In this document: positions 12,014 to 46,596 of the stretch, piece after piece
Layout of the letters: every line of letters starts with the position of its first letter
Position numbering within the stretch: the first letter of the stretch is position 1
Source of the DNA: Salpingoeca rosetta
Taxonomy: Eukaryota; Protista; Choanoflagellata
DNA length: 64,000 bases
Reading direction: 5' to 3'
Assembly: GCA_033442325.1 (NCBI GenBank)
Contig: JAWQFM010000031.1
Span: forward strand, 129,898-193,897
Notes under the pieces: model-generated
The model's input: only the letters and a program-made list of their open reading frames with translations
Database searches by the model: none
What the model was told of the DNA's origin: nothing
Position numbers and translations under genes: made by a program

Positions 12014-12846
12014 ATGATGATGATGATGAGGCTGCTTGGAGTTGCTCTTGTGGTGGGAGTAATGGCTGTGGCAGCACTGCCAGCACCTGCTGCTGCGACT
12101 GCTGCTGCTGCTGCTGTTCGGACGATTGGTGGTGATGATGATGCTGCTGCACCTCCGAGCAACCAGCCACCGCACATTCTCATGGTGCTCGTTGACGATC
12201 TCGGCTGGGCAGACGTACGTTGTTGATGTGTATGTGTGGGTGTGTGTGTGTTGGGATGGAGAAGGGGATGTGTTTGGCTTGTGTTGGCTTGTGCGTTGTG
12301 CATTACTTGCGCGTTGTGCCTTGCTTGTTGTGCGTTGTGCTTTGCTTGTGCGTTGTGCATTGCTTGTTGTTGGCTTCTGCCTACTTTCATGTCGGCGTCT
12401 ACTTGCTGTGCTCACGTATGTTTTGATGCACCGCTGCGATTCGATCTTTCCATTGACAGGTTGGTTATCACCGATCAGGCCCACACAAGAGCGATATCCA
12501 AACCCCCACCATTGACAAGCTCGTTTCCCAAGGCATCGCACTGGAGCGTCACTACGTGGTACGTGTACTTGTAGCGGTGATTGTAGAATACCCCTGGCCG
12601 GGCTTGGTCTTCTGCTTGACCTGGCAGCACACGCTCACGTATTCATGAAAACAAACAAATGGTCTCACGGTTCAATCACCACATAATGGCATCTCCAGCA
12701 CAAAGTGTGCTCTCCTACTCGTGCCAGGTGCGTGCGTGTGTGGGGAGAACTGTCGATGTGCATGGATGTTTGTATGGTTTGTTTGTACATCTGTTTACTT
12801 GTCTTCCCTGCACCCTGTCTGTCCCAGGCCGCCATCACCTCCCGCC

Positions 12847-12922
<76 letters not shown>

Positions 12923-13154
12923 TCACACACACACACCTTTTCACACCTTCTTCATCGTCCTCTTCCCCGCCTCTGCTGCGTGCAGTTTCCAGAGCGGGCG
13001 CCTGCCTGTTCACGGCATTGATGGCCAGGTGGTGCTGTGCGCCCCTCGTGCCGGCATTCCCGAGAACATGACAACCGTCGCCCAACACCTGAACAAGGCC
13101 GGCTATGCAAGCCACTTTGTTGGCAAGGTCCGTGCGCACGTGACGCGTACATGA

Positions 13155-13189
<35 letters not shown>

Positions 13190-13849
13190 TGGTGTGATGG
13201 TGTGATGGTGTGATGGTGTGATGGTAATGACAATACATTTTCAAGGGTGTATGTGTGAAAGAGAAGGTGCAAGTATGTGCGCCGCACATATTAATGCCTG
13301 TGCTCTCCTCTGCTGATGTTTCAACTGTTTGCTTCCCTGGTGCAGTGGGACGTTGGAATGGCCACACCGTCACACACCCCGCACGGCCGCGGATACAACA
13401 CCTCGCTCAACTACTTTGGCCACGGTATGAAGCATCAGCAGCAGTGGCGATGATAATGGTGGTGGCGATGCTTATGGTGATGGCGATGCTGATGGTGATG
13501 GTGGTGGTGGTTGGTGGTGGTTGGTGGTGGTTGGTGGTGGAAAATCAGGGTTCAGGCGGTTGTGTTCTGTTGCAGCCGCTCACTTGCACGTTTGCGTATA
13601 TTGCACACGTGTGTGCGTACTTGGCATGAACATGTGCATGTGCGTGTGTGTGTGCGTGTGCGTGTGTGTGTGTGTGTGGTATGCAGCCAACTGGATGTGG
13701 AACCAGGATGAGTGGCAGGGATCGCAGAACAACGTCAGCCACCGTCCGCCCTGCAAGGCACCAGACTGCTTCAAGGATTTTTGGGACACAGACAGGTGAC
13801 ACGGGCGTGTATGCGCGTATCGGTGTTTGTCTGTATGCGTGTCTCGGTG

Positions 13850-13915
<66 letters not shown>

Positions 13916-14163
13916 AACTGCCTTAATGATGAAGCACCTCACTTTCTCCTCTAACTAAATGACGCCCACAACACACACACGCGCACGCGCACACGCGCGC
14001 ACACATTCGCAACCAAACACACACACACACACACACGTCTCAGGCCAGCGCACAACCTGAGTGGCACGCTGTATGAGGAGCAGTTATTTGTGCAACGAAT
14101 CACAGATATTATTGAGGCGCACGACCCGAGCCAGCCGCTCTTCCTCACCTACGCATCAAAGGT

Positions 14164-14209
<46 letters not shown>

Positions 14210-14225
14210 AGGGAGAGAGAGAGAG

Positions 14226-14265
<40 letters not shown>

Positions 14266-15300
14266 GGTCGTGGATGTGTGTGTGTGTGTGTGTGGTTGTG
14301 GGTGCGTGTGTGTTTTGTGCTCTGTCGTGTGCAATTGATTGGATAATTGTCATCGCATTGGACACCAAACACGAGACGCGTGTCCTTGCTCACGCTTCGC
14401 GCGTTCACGGCCACCATCAACGCACCACCACCTCATCTCCACGACCCATGTTGCCAGGTTGCGCACTACCCACTGCAAGCGCCAATTGAATACCAGCAGC
14501 AGTTTGCCAACATCGAACCCCCGTCCCGTCGCGTCTACCACGCCATGGTGCGTCGTGGTTATGTGTTGTGGTTTGGTTGGTGCTGATGACGTGCAAATGC
14601 TGTTTGTTGTACTGGTGGGGTGCTGGTGCTTGTGTGCGTATGTGCTCGCTGTTGCTTTGCCACCGCCGCCTTATGACTTCTCTTGACTGACTGCAGTTCT
14701 TCGAACCAACACTCATCCCAACCGCATGAATACACGCACACAAACGTGTACGCACGTACGCACACACACACACGCACACACACACACACAGGTGAAGTAT
14801 CTTGACGACAACCTGTACTACATCACGACGCTGATGCAGAAGAAGGGCATGTGGAACAACACGCTCATGGTCTTCTCCAGCGACAACGGCGGGCCCGTCA
14901 TGGCCTTTGACGGTGCTTTGTTTGTTTGTTTGTTTGTTTGTTTGTTTGTTTGTTTGTTTGTTTGTTTGTTTGTTTGTTTGTTTGTTTGTTTGTTTGTTTG
15001 TTTGTTTCTGTGTCTGTGCACCTGTGTGCGTTGCAAGAGGCTGCGCTTGTTGTCACTCATTGGGCCTTCCAACGCTCACAACCACCGCCGCCATCACCAC
15101 AACGCTTCCCACCACCACCATGTTCATCATCACCAGGCGACTGCGACGCAAGCCACCCGTCGCGCGGGTACATGTGCTACAACGGCGAGGCCGGCGCAAA
15201 CAACTACCCGCTCAGGGGCGGGAAATACTCGTTCTTCGAGGTATGGCGGCCATGTCACAGTGGCGTGTACATGCGAGAGATTAATGTGTGTGTGTGTGTG

Positions 15301-15387
<87 letters not shown>

Positions 15388-15644
15388 CGTTTCGGCAGCC
15401 TCTCCTACCACTTCATCCGTCTGTGTGATTGTTGTCCGCACCCCAAACGATTCTAAGCCGTCCTCAACCCACCAACAACATCCCCCCTCCCATCTTCACC
15501 TTCATCTTCATCGATACCAGGGCGGCATTCGCGTGAACGCGTTTGTGTCTGGCGGTCTCATCCCCGCTGATCAGCGCGGATCAAACAGAACAGGCATCAT
15601 GCACATCGCAGACTGGTGCGTTGTGCTGCTGCTGCTGCGTGTGT

Positions 15645-15694
<50 letters not shown>

Positions 15695-16933
15695 GTGTGT
15701 CTGTCTGCTGCCGTTGCTTGTCTCGCCGTCACACCAACTGCAACGCACTTCTCACCACGCACTTTGCAACCTTCTCCAACACCCCCCCCTCTCCCTCCTC
15801 AAACGTGGTCCAGGTACGCCACCTTCTGTGCGCTGGCCGGCGTCGACCCAACGGACCACAGGGCAGCAGCCGCCAATCTCCCGCCCATCGACTCGCACAA
15901 CATGTGGCCGTACCTCGCTGGCCAGGCACGCTTCTCCCCGCGCGACACTGTCCTCGTCGACAGGGATGTCCTCGTCTTTGGCGATTACAAGGTGAGAATG
16001 CGCAGCGTGGCGTGTTGGTGGGTGGCGTGTCACCACCACCAGTACCACTGCATTGAGTAGCGTGGCATGCTTCTCACCATTATGAACATGGTTCGCTCAC
16101 TACGCGTCTCGAACCACCATCACCATCATCTCCCCCTTCTCCTTCATTTTGTTCTTCCTCGCTCCTCCTCATTCATTCATTCATTCATTCATTCATTCAT
16201 TCATTCATTCATTCATTCATTCATTCATTCATTCATTCGTTGCGGATCACCACCACCACCATGCAGCTGCTGCTTGGCGCGTCCAACCCCATGGCAAACT
16301 GGAGCGGCCCCGCGTACCCAAACGCCACCACCGCCACCAGCCCCATCAGCCGCTACACACTCAACTGCTCAGACCCAGTGAGAAACACATTGTGCTGTAG
16401 ATGCACTTGTGTGTGTGTATGTGTGTGTGTGTGTGTTTTTTTTTTTGTCTGTCTGTCCGTCTGTCCGTGTGTGTTCAACCCCGCTGCTAAGCACCACCTC
16501 TCACCTTCACCCATCACCACCACCACCACTGCCACCACAACAGGGTTGTCTCTTCAACGTGGTGGAGGACCCTGAAGAGCGACACGATTTGGCCGAGGAG
16601 AAGCCAGACATTCTCAAACTTATGAAGTTCACGCTCACAGAGCTCGCCAAGTCAATCTTCCCATACAACCCAGGTATGCGACAGTGCAAGTGCGTGTGTG
16701 TGTGTGTGTATGTGTGTGTGTGTGTGTTCGTTCGATGCCGTCGGCTTCAGCGTACGCAATTGGAGTGCTTGTTCTCATCGGTATCGTCACATTCACCCAT
16801 CACCGCGACCACTCATCATCGTCGCCATCGCCGTTCACGTCCACGTGCAGGTCCGGTTGATCCGCAGTGCATGAAGACGGCAGAGACGAAATACGACGGC
16901 TTCTACGGGCCCTGGCTCAACCTCGATGGCTGA
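12014..16933 (+). CDS. Arylsulfatase B-like formylglycine-dependent (S1) sulfatase, multi-exon, secreted or lysosomal
   Basis: Signal peptide; PHILMVLVDDLGWAD|VGYH...TPTIDKLVSQGIALERHY; CSPTR motif (12708-12722) followed by ASFQSGR; GYASHFVGK|W; NTLMVFSSDNGG; NNYPLRGGKYSFFE|GGIRV; HIADW|YATF; CLFNVVEDPEERHDLA; ends GPWLNLDG-stop. Confidence 0.92.
14917..15007 (+). repeat. Intronic (TTTG)n microsatellite; comparable tracts (CATT)n ~16170-16238, (AAAC)n ~41598-41731, (GCAG)n ~42559-42622, (TATG)n ~58043-58104
   Basis: Directly visible tetranucleotide runs inside introns. Confidence 0.9.
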
Positions 16934-17714
16934 TGAATGGTGATGATGACTGGTGATGCTGATGATGATGATGAATGGTGATGAATGGTGATGATGATGA
17001 TGATGAATGGTGATGATGATGATGATGAATGGTGATGATGATGATGGTGATAAATGGTGGTGTGTGGTGAATGCGATGAAAGGTTGTTGTTGTTGGTGGT
17101 GGTTTTGGTGGTGAATGGCTGTGATGCACAGTTGGCGAATATGATTGTGTCACATCACCTTCGCGCCGTCCTATGCTTGTTTGTTTGCTCATGTTTACGA
17201 TAGCTGACGCGCCTAAACTGAGAACTATCCTACCCCATCTTCCATCGCATCACGACCACCGTCAAACTACCACCACCACCCGCCAGTGTGCTTCTTCAAC
17301 CCCCCTCCACACACACACACACACCTTGCAGATGTGTTATCTTGTGCTTTCTTTCACGTTTTCGCTTGTCATGCTCAGCCCTAACATGACCTCCTGTGTT
17401 GGGAATGAGCAATCAAGTAAACCCAGTCACCAAATTGTCTGTGGTGTTGTTCTTCTGTGCCAGACCTTTTATCGCAAACACGCACACACACAGTTCTGCT
17501 TGCTTGACAGCACGTCATGCACACACATTGACACGCGCAGCCATACAAGCTCATCAGCATGAACACGTGACAATCACCAGCAGTCGTAAGCAAGTGCACT
17601 CCACCACAACACGTAACCACAACTACCAAACGTAACCAAGCACACCCACTACATGTAACCCACATCAATGCACAACACATCACACCATGCAGCACCAGCA
17701 TCTCGACTGCAGCA

Positions 17715-28959
<11,245 letters not shown>

Positions 28960-29496
28960 CGTCTTGTTTGTTTGTGTGTCAGCAATCACTGAATTCAGTA
29001 CTTGAGACTGATGTCAGTTCGGTGTGTGCTTGCAAGCAGTGGCAAGCGCGTGCATGTGCGTGCTTCGATCTCCTCAGCGCCTCTAGGCCTCTCACTCCTT
29101 CACTCGGCTGTGATTGTAGGATTGTGCCTGGCGGCGAGTTCGTACGACGCTGTAATCGCGACAACGGGGGACTGGAACAAAACAAAGCCACATGTGCCTG
29201 TGCGGAGGACACCGAGGGCAATGAATCCAAACACGCACACACGCACACGCACACCACTGAACGCAGCAAGCCACACTCACAACAACAGCATGGAGATGGC
29301 ACTGCACCAGTCAGCGAGCGTGGTGTCAGAGCGGTCATCATCCGGGCGGAAGATGAAGGCTCGCCTGGCAACGGCGCCATGCACCTCCTCAGCACGCTCG
29401 AAAGGGGGTGCGTAGGTTTGCAGCACGTCGTCAAACAGAAACGCACTCACACACTCACACACTCACACACTCACACACTCACACACACTCACACAA

Positions 29497-29529
<33 letters not shown>

Positions 29530-29552
29530 CACACACACACACACACACACAC

Positions 29553-31467
29553 TCACAAGATACTGCAGCAACGGCTTGAGCCACTCGGCACATCCACACC
29601 AGCATGGCGAATGCGCCTCAGGTCGTGCTCAGCTCTTTGCGTGGAAGGGTGGTCTGGTCCAACCGTGGCTGTGAAGACGTCCAGTGCCCGTTGCATGTAG
29701 GCACAGGCCTGCTCCTTGTCGCCAAGTTCAGCATGCACGAAGGCGATGTTGGTCAGTGTCATCGCTGTGCTCGGGTGCTTCTCGCCCAACGTCTGAGTGG
29801 TGATAGCGAGGTCCTTTTCGTAATAGGCAATCGCCTTTTCATGCTCACCCTTGCTGCAGTAAGCATTGCCGAGGTTGTTGTAGGTCTCAGCTGTACTCGG
29901 GTGCTTCTCGCCCAGCGTCTGAATGGTGATGGCAAGGTCCTTTTCGTAATGGTCAATGGCCTTGTCATACTCACCCTTGCTGCAGTAAGCATTGCCGAGG
30001 TTGTTGTAGGCCGTCGCTGTGCTCGGGTGCTTCTCGCCCAACGTCTGAGTGGTGATAGCGAGGTCCTTTTCGTAATAGGTAATCGCCTTATCATGCTCGC
30101 CCTTGATGCTGTACGCGTTGCCGAGGTTGTTGTACGTGCTTGCTGTGCTCGGGTGCTTCTCGCCCAGCTTGCCCACCAAGATTTCACGGGCCTTCTCAAA
30201 GTATGCAATCGCCTTATCGTTGTCCCCCTTGTCATCGTAGGCAAGGCCGAGGTTGTTGTACAACCCAGCCACGTTCTCTCCCTTTTCCCCTTCAATGCGT
30301 AGATAGGTCGCCAGAGCTGCCTCGTAGTACGCGACTGCCCTGCCGTGCTCGCCAAACGTGTTCAGCACAGTCCCAACTTGACCACACAACACCGCGAACG
30401 CCCCTGTGTTGTCTTCGCCCCTTGCCTGCATGGCCTCCACCGCAGCCGCCGCCTTCTCCAAGCACCACGCGCGCAGCTGGTCCTTGACGGCCTGGTTGAG
30501 AGCCGCAAAGCCAACGCTGTCCTGGGTGGCTTGAAAGATCATGGCCTTGTCATTTGGGTTGAAGGCCTCCGCACGCTCGGCTTGCACGCGCACCAGCGTA
30601 TCCGTGACGGCTTCATACTCGCCTTGGATGGCCCGTTCCAGCGCCTTCTCCTCGCTTTTGGGCAGGCGGATGTTGACCTCTGTGCCCTCGTTGCTGATGC
30701 CGCAGAAGATCTCCCACAGGCACCACGCACGCGTCAGTGGCACGGGGTCTCGCCACGGCATCAACACCAGCAGCACGCGTCCAATGTTGGCAATCGACTC
30801 CTTGAACGTCGTGCTCCACCTGCGGGTGTGTGGTGGGCGAGGGTGTTGGGGTGGAAGGGAGGGAGGAGAGGGCGTGTGAAAGGAGAGAGCGTGTGAGGGC
30901 GTGCGCAAGAAACATTGCACTACCAATCCACACACAGCTGCACACACACACACACACAGGTTTTCACACACACACACACAGCTGTACACACACACATTGA
31001 CAAACACACTCACACACACACACACATTGACAAACACACACACACATACACACACACACACACAAAACGCACCACTCTTGTGGGAGGTTCGCCGTGACAT
31101 TGGCGTTTTGGTTGTTCATGAAGAGGTCAAACCAGAAGAACACGGGCTGGCCGTCTTCCTTGCTTGCTTGCTCCTCCGCAAACTCGAGCAAGACGTTCAA
31201 CACGTCTGCGATCTTGTACCGCCACGCGTGCGACACAAACACAGTGGCCTTGCCCACGTCGGTGCATGGTGACTGCTTGCGCAAGAGATCGACGTAGGCG
31301 CAGCTGGCCTGTTGTGTGCGTGGCACCACGAGTTGCTTGCAGGCATCCGCTGTTGTCATCTCAGTGTACGTGTCGGGAAACTCCTTCGTCAGGTCTGCGA
31401 GGAAGGTCTTGATCGCCTCCACAGACACGCCGTCCGTCAGGCGGTGCTCGTCGTTGCCATCGGCCAT
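29553..31467 (-). CDS. HET/TIR-like N-terminal domain + 42-aa TPR repeats + C-terminal CaaX (CCSIL); exons 31467-31073 and 30819-29553
   Basis: Phase-2 intron splits LPQEW|WSTTF. Motifs FVSHAW (31222-31239), FFWFDLFMNNQ and LTRAWCLWE (30711-30737); TPR units LGEKHPSTAxxYNNLGNAY...KAI.YYEKDLAI. Confidence 0.88.
29761..30270 (-). repeat. Coding tandem repeat array, 126-bp unit (42-aa TPR), ~4 highly similar copies
   Basis: GTGCTTCTCGCCCA recurs at 29775, 29901, 30027 and 30153 (exact 126-nt period). Confidence 0.95.
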
Positions 31468-31699
31468 GGTGAGGTTTTCTTGTCGTCAACAATTCAACCA
31501 GTAAGGTCGTGAGGAGAGGAGGTGAGGAGGAGGAAGCAGGGAAGTGGAAGGGAGGGGAGGATGCTGAGTTGAGAAAAGAAAGTGCAGTGGAGAGTGGAGT
31601 AACTCAACACGCGAGGTTGCCAAGTGGCGAAAATTTGTGGTGACATGACAACATGACGTGGGCACTTTTCACCTGTTCGTCAAGCACCCTCTCATATGA

Positions 31700-32581
31700 A
31701 TGATGCCAAAACGCGAGATCCGGACGACCATCCTGACCTCCTCGCACACCAGCACCCTGAGCCTCGTCCTCAGTGTGTTGGTTCTGGCTGCGCTGGCTGG
31801 GCCATGCACTGGCGAAGCCGTGTTGGAGGAGGATGACCATAGTCGCCTCATCATCAACACCACGGACTCTTCCCAGCCTGTGCTCGTGAATGGCGTCGAC
31901 GTGCAAGCACTGCACCGCACGGTCACCTCAATTGTGAGTGTTGTCCGTGCCGAAGGCTACTCCCAACCGTGCGCGATTGGACTTGACGTAGCTGCCTTGC
32001 TTGGGCACACGTGCGAGTCACACATTGCAGGTGGCGATACACGCCCGTGGACGCTGGCAGCCCGCTTCTCCAACGATGGCGTGGATACGTGGACGTGGAA
32101 TGACTGCAATCTGTGGTCAAACCATCAACTGGTGGGACTCATGCGAAGCAGCAGCGACTTCAAAGGGACAGCATGGTTTGGCCCAACCAAAGACTTGCTC
32201 TTCATCGCAGATACTGGGGAGTGGATTGCATATGAGAATGCTTTGGACAAACAGCCGCTTTCATCTCTATTTACAGATGTTACCATCCCATGCTCCTCCA
32301 GCTGTCCAGTATACTCTGCCACCCAAATGAACATCACAGACAATCCATATCGCTGCGATGTCAAATTGTATGTTAACCCTGACGATGGGGACCTGATCAA
32401 ACACGAAAAAACATGCGGTTTTGCCTGGAGCTTCGGCGGCTTGGATGGATGCCCTCTGGACGATGTTGGAGGAAGTGGATCTTTCGGGCCACTTTCGAGT
32501 AGTCCGACTTCCGAGAGACCTGCGCTTGGCTTCCTTGGAGGAAACCCCTCTGCAACTTTCGTCGAGCTCTACGTGCGTTAG
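31700..32581 (+). CDS. Intronless secreted protein: signal peptide + INTTD/NGVDV module + Cys-containing head with fibrinogen/intelectin-like WTL motif
   Basis: 293-aa ORF with hydrophobic LSLVLSVLVLAALAGPCTG; then LIINTTDSSQPVLVNGVDV; then C....GGDTRPWTLAARFSND...W...DFKGTAWF. The head-domain identity is tentative. Confidence 0.75.
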   Translation: MMPKREIRTTILTSSHTSTLSLVLSVLVLAALAGPCTGEAVLEEDDHSRLIINTTDSSQPVLVNGVDVQALHRTVTSIVSVVRAEGYSQPCAIGLDVAALLGHTCESHIAGGDTRPWTLAARFSNDGVDTWTWNDCNLWSNHQLVGLMRSSSDFKGTAWFGPTKDLLFIADTGEWIAYENALDKQPLSSLFTDVTIPCSSSCPVYSATQMNITDNPYRCDVKLYVNPDDGDLIKHEKTCGFAWSFGGLDGCPLDDVGGSGSFGPLSSSPTSERPALGFLGGNPSATFVELYVR

Positions 32582-32980
32582 AAGGTGGCTGCTCATGTTC
32601 ACTGTAGTAACACCGACCGCAACCATTGCGTGTCCTCCGACCACTCCCTCGTTTACCGTGGCAATCATGGCCTGCCTGCGATGTAAGGATGTAACAGTGG
32701 CTTTGTGGCCTGTCGTACTTACACTCTCTTCTGTTCCCTCTCCAGCAGCTCACGACGCTTCGAGTGTTTGCTTTCTTGTCTTCTTCTTCTTCTTGTTCTT
32801 CTTGTTCTTGTTCTTCTTGTTCTTGTTCTTCTACTCTGCTGTCATTGGGGGTTGTTCAATCATTCTTCAACATAAACAACAAAGTCAACGCACGATACCT
32901 ATGCATACACACACACCTTCTTTTACTCCTCACGCATAATGAACGCTTCAGCTATGTATCATTGTCTCAAACCTTTGCGG

Positions 32981-39960
<6,980 letters not shown>

Positions 39961-40200
39961 CGTGTTCCGGCTCTTCAACACACGCACACACCATCAATAT
40001 GCTCGTCTCTCACGACAAATCAATCCAGCCAGGACGTACTGAATAGTTATGGATATCTTTAATAAAATTCGGTCAAAGTGGGAGAAGAGCGATGCAAAAC
40101 CACTAAGGCGCGCACAACGCACACACGCACATCCGCACACATACACGCACACACACACACACTCTCTCTCTCTCCTCTCACTCTCTCTCTCTCTGTATTT

Positions 40201-45217
<5,017 letters not shown>

Positions 45218-45229
45218 AGCGCTGCTGCT

Positions 45230-45266
<37 letters not shown>

Positions 45267-45368
45267 TGCGTGCGTGCGTGTGTGTGTGTGTGTGTGTGCG
45301 TGCGTGTGTGTGTGTGTGTGTGTGTGTTGTTGTGTCGTGCGTGTGTGTGTGTGTGTGTGTGTTTGTGC

Positions 45369-45400
<32 letters not shown>

Positions 45401-45932
45401 TCGTGTGTGCGCTGTGTGTGTGTGCGTGTGTATTGGGTGTTGCAGCCAACTCGCGAAATCCAAACAAAAACAAAAGAGAGAGTGAAGAAAAAGAGAGGGG
45501 ACACACACAACTGACAGCAGGACAGCCATCAGGCTTTCATCTCCTCTCACCTCATCCTCCACCCCTCGTTCACCCTCGTTACCACGCTACCACCACCTGC
45601 CTCCCTCCCTCACCCTTCCCCATTCGTCATCCATTTGTCGTTCACTGATAAAGGGGAACAACAACAGGCACAAGCAGCAACAGGTAGGGGAATGATGACA
45701 AAAGCACACACACACACGCACACACGCACGAAGCAAATGCTATGATGAAGGAAGCAAGCACACTCAAGCAAGAGGAACGAACGGCACGCGGACAACTGCA
45801 TTTGTGCGTGGTCGACGAAACAGCAACAAGCAAGAAGCAACCGAATCCACACAGCCCGAGATGCATGCACGCACACAACCCACGTTCCACTACCACCACC
45901 ACGGCCCACAGTTTCTGTGTGGGTTGCCACGA

Positions 45933-46500
45933 TTAGCTTGACTGGAGCTCCTTGAGTTTCTTCTTGAGAGAGGCCACCTCCGCAGACTCCGTCTTCTTCT
46001 TCGCCTGCCCAAGCTCAACAGCCCGCACGCGCGACGCAAAGTTGAGCGAGTTCACAGACTCGTCGACCTGAGGGAGAGGGGGGGGGGGGTAGTCAGTGGT
46101 GGATTGCGAACGAGAGGAATGGGTGAGTGCTGCGCAAGTCGAGATTGAAGCAAGCTAGCAAACAGGCATAGGGTGCTTGCAGCGCACACGCACAGACCGA
46201 CAGACACACACACACACACACGCACACACACATACACACACAGCAGCAGCAGCAGCAACAACAACAACAACAACAACAACAACTGCGCTCACGTTCTTGA
46301 CGACAGGTGCAACCTGCACGACCATGATCGTCTTGGCAGATCCGCCTGCAGCAGTGAAGTGGTCGGGTGAGAATCGAGGTACGAGGTACGAGGTATGTGG
46401 TGTGTATGTGTATGTGTGTATGTGTGTATGTGTATGTGTGTGTATCAAGCTAGCAAACACGCAAGAAAGGAATCGCTTCTTTCACACACACACGCACGCA

Positions 46501-46596
<96 letters not shown>

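Noticed and set aside
28979-29446. ORFs between NTE and the TPR gene
   Set aside because: Non-ATG starts and no motifs; more likely UTR or promoter sequence, though an alternative last exon of the TPR gene is not excluded.
29761-30270. Regular repeats as a CRISPR-like array
   Set aside because: Contiguous 126-bp in-frame coding units with no unique spacers and no cas genes, in a eukaryotic context.
29553-30400. Calling the TPR gene kinesin light chain or nephrocystin-3
   Set aside because: Only the 42-aa TPR type is shared; it lacks the KLC heptad region and the NPHP3 NTPase, and has a HET-like N-terminus.
31616-31635. GTTGCCAAG half-site and TGGCGAAAA (RFX- or E2F-like) in the divergent promoter
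   Set aside because: Too short to distinguish from chance, and the flanking genes give no supporting context.
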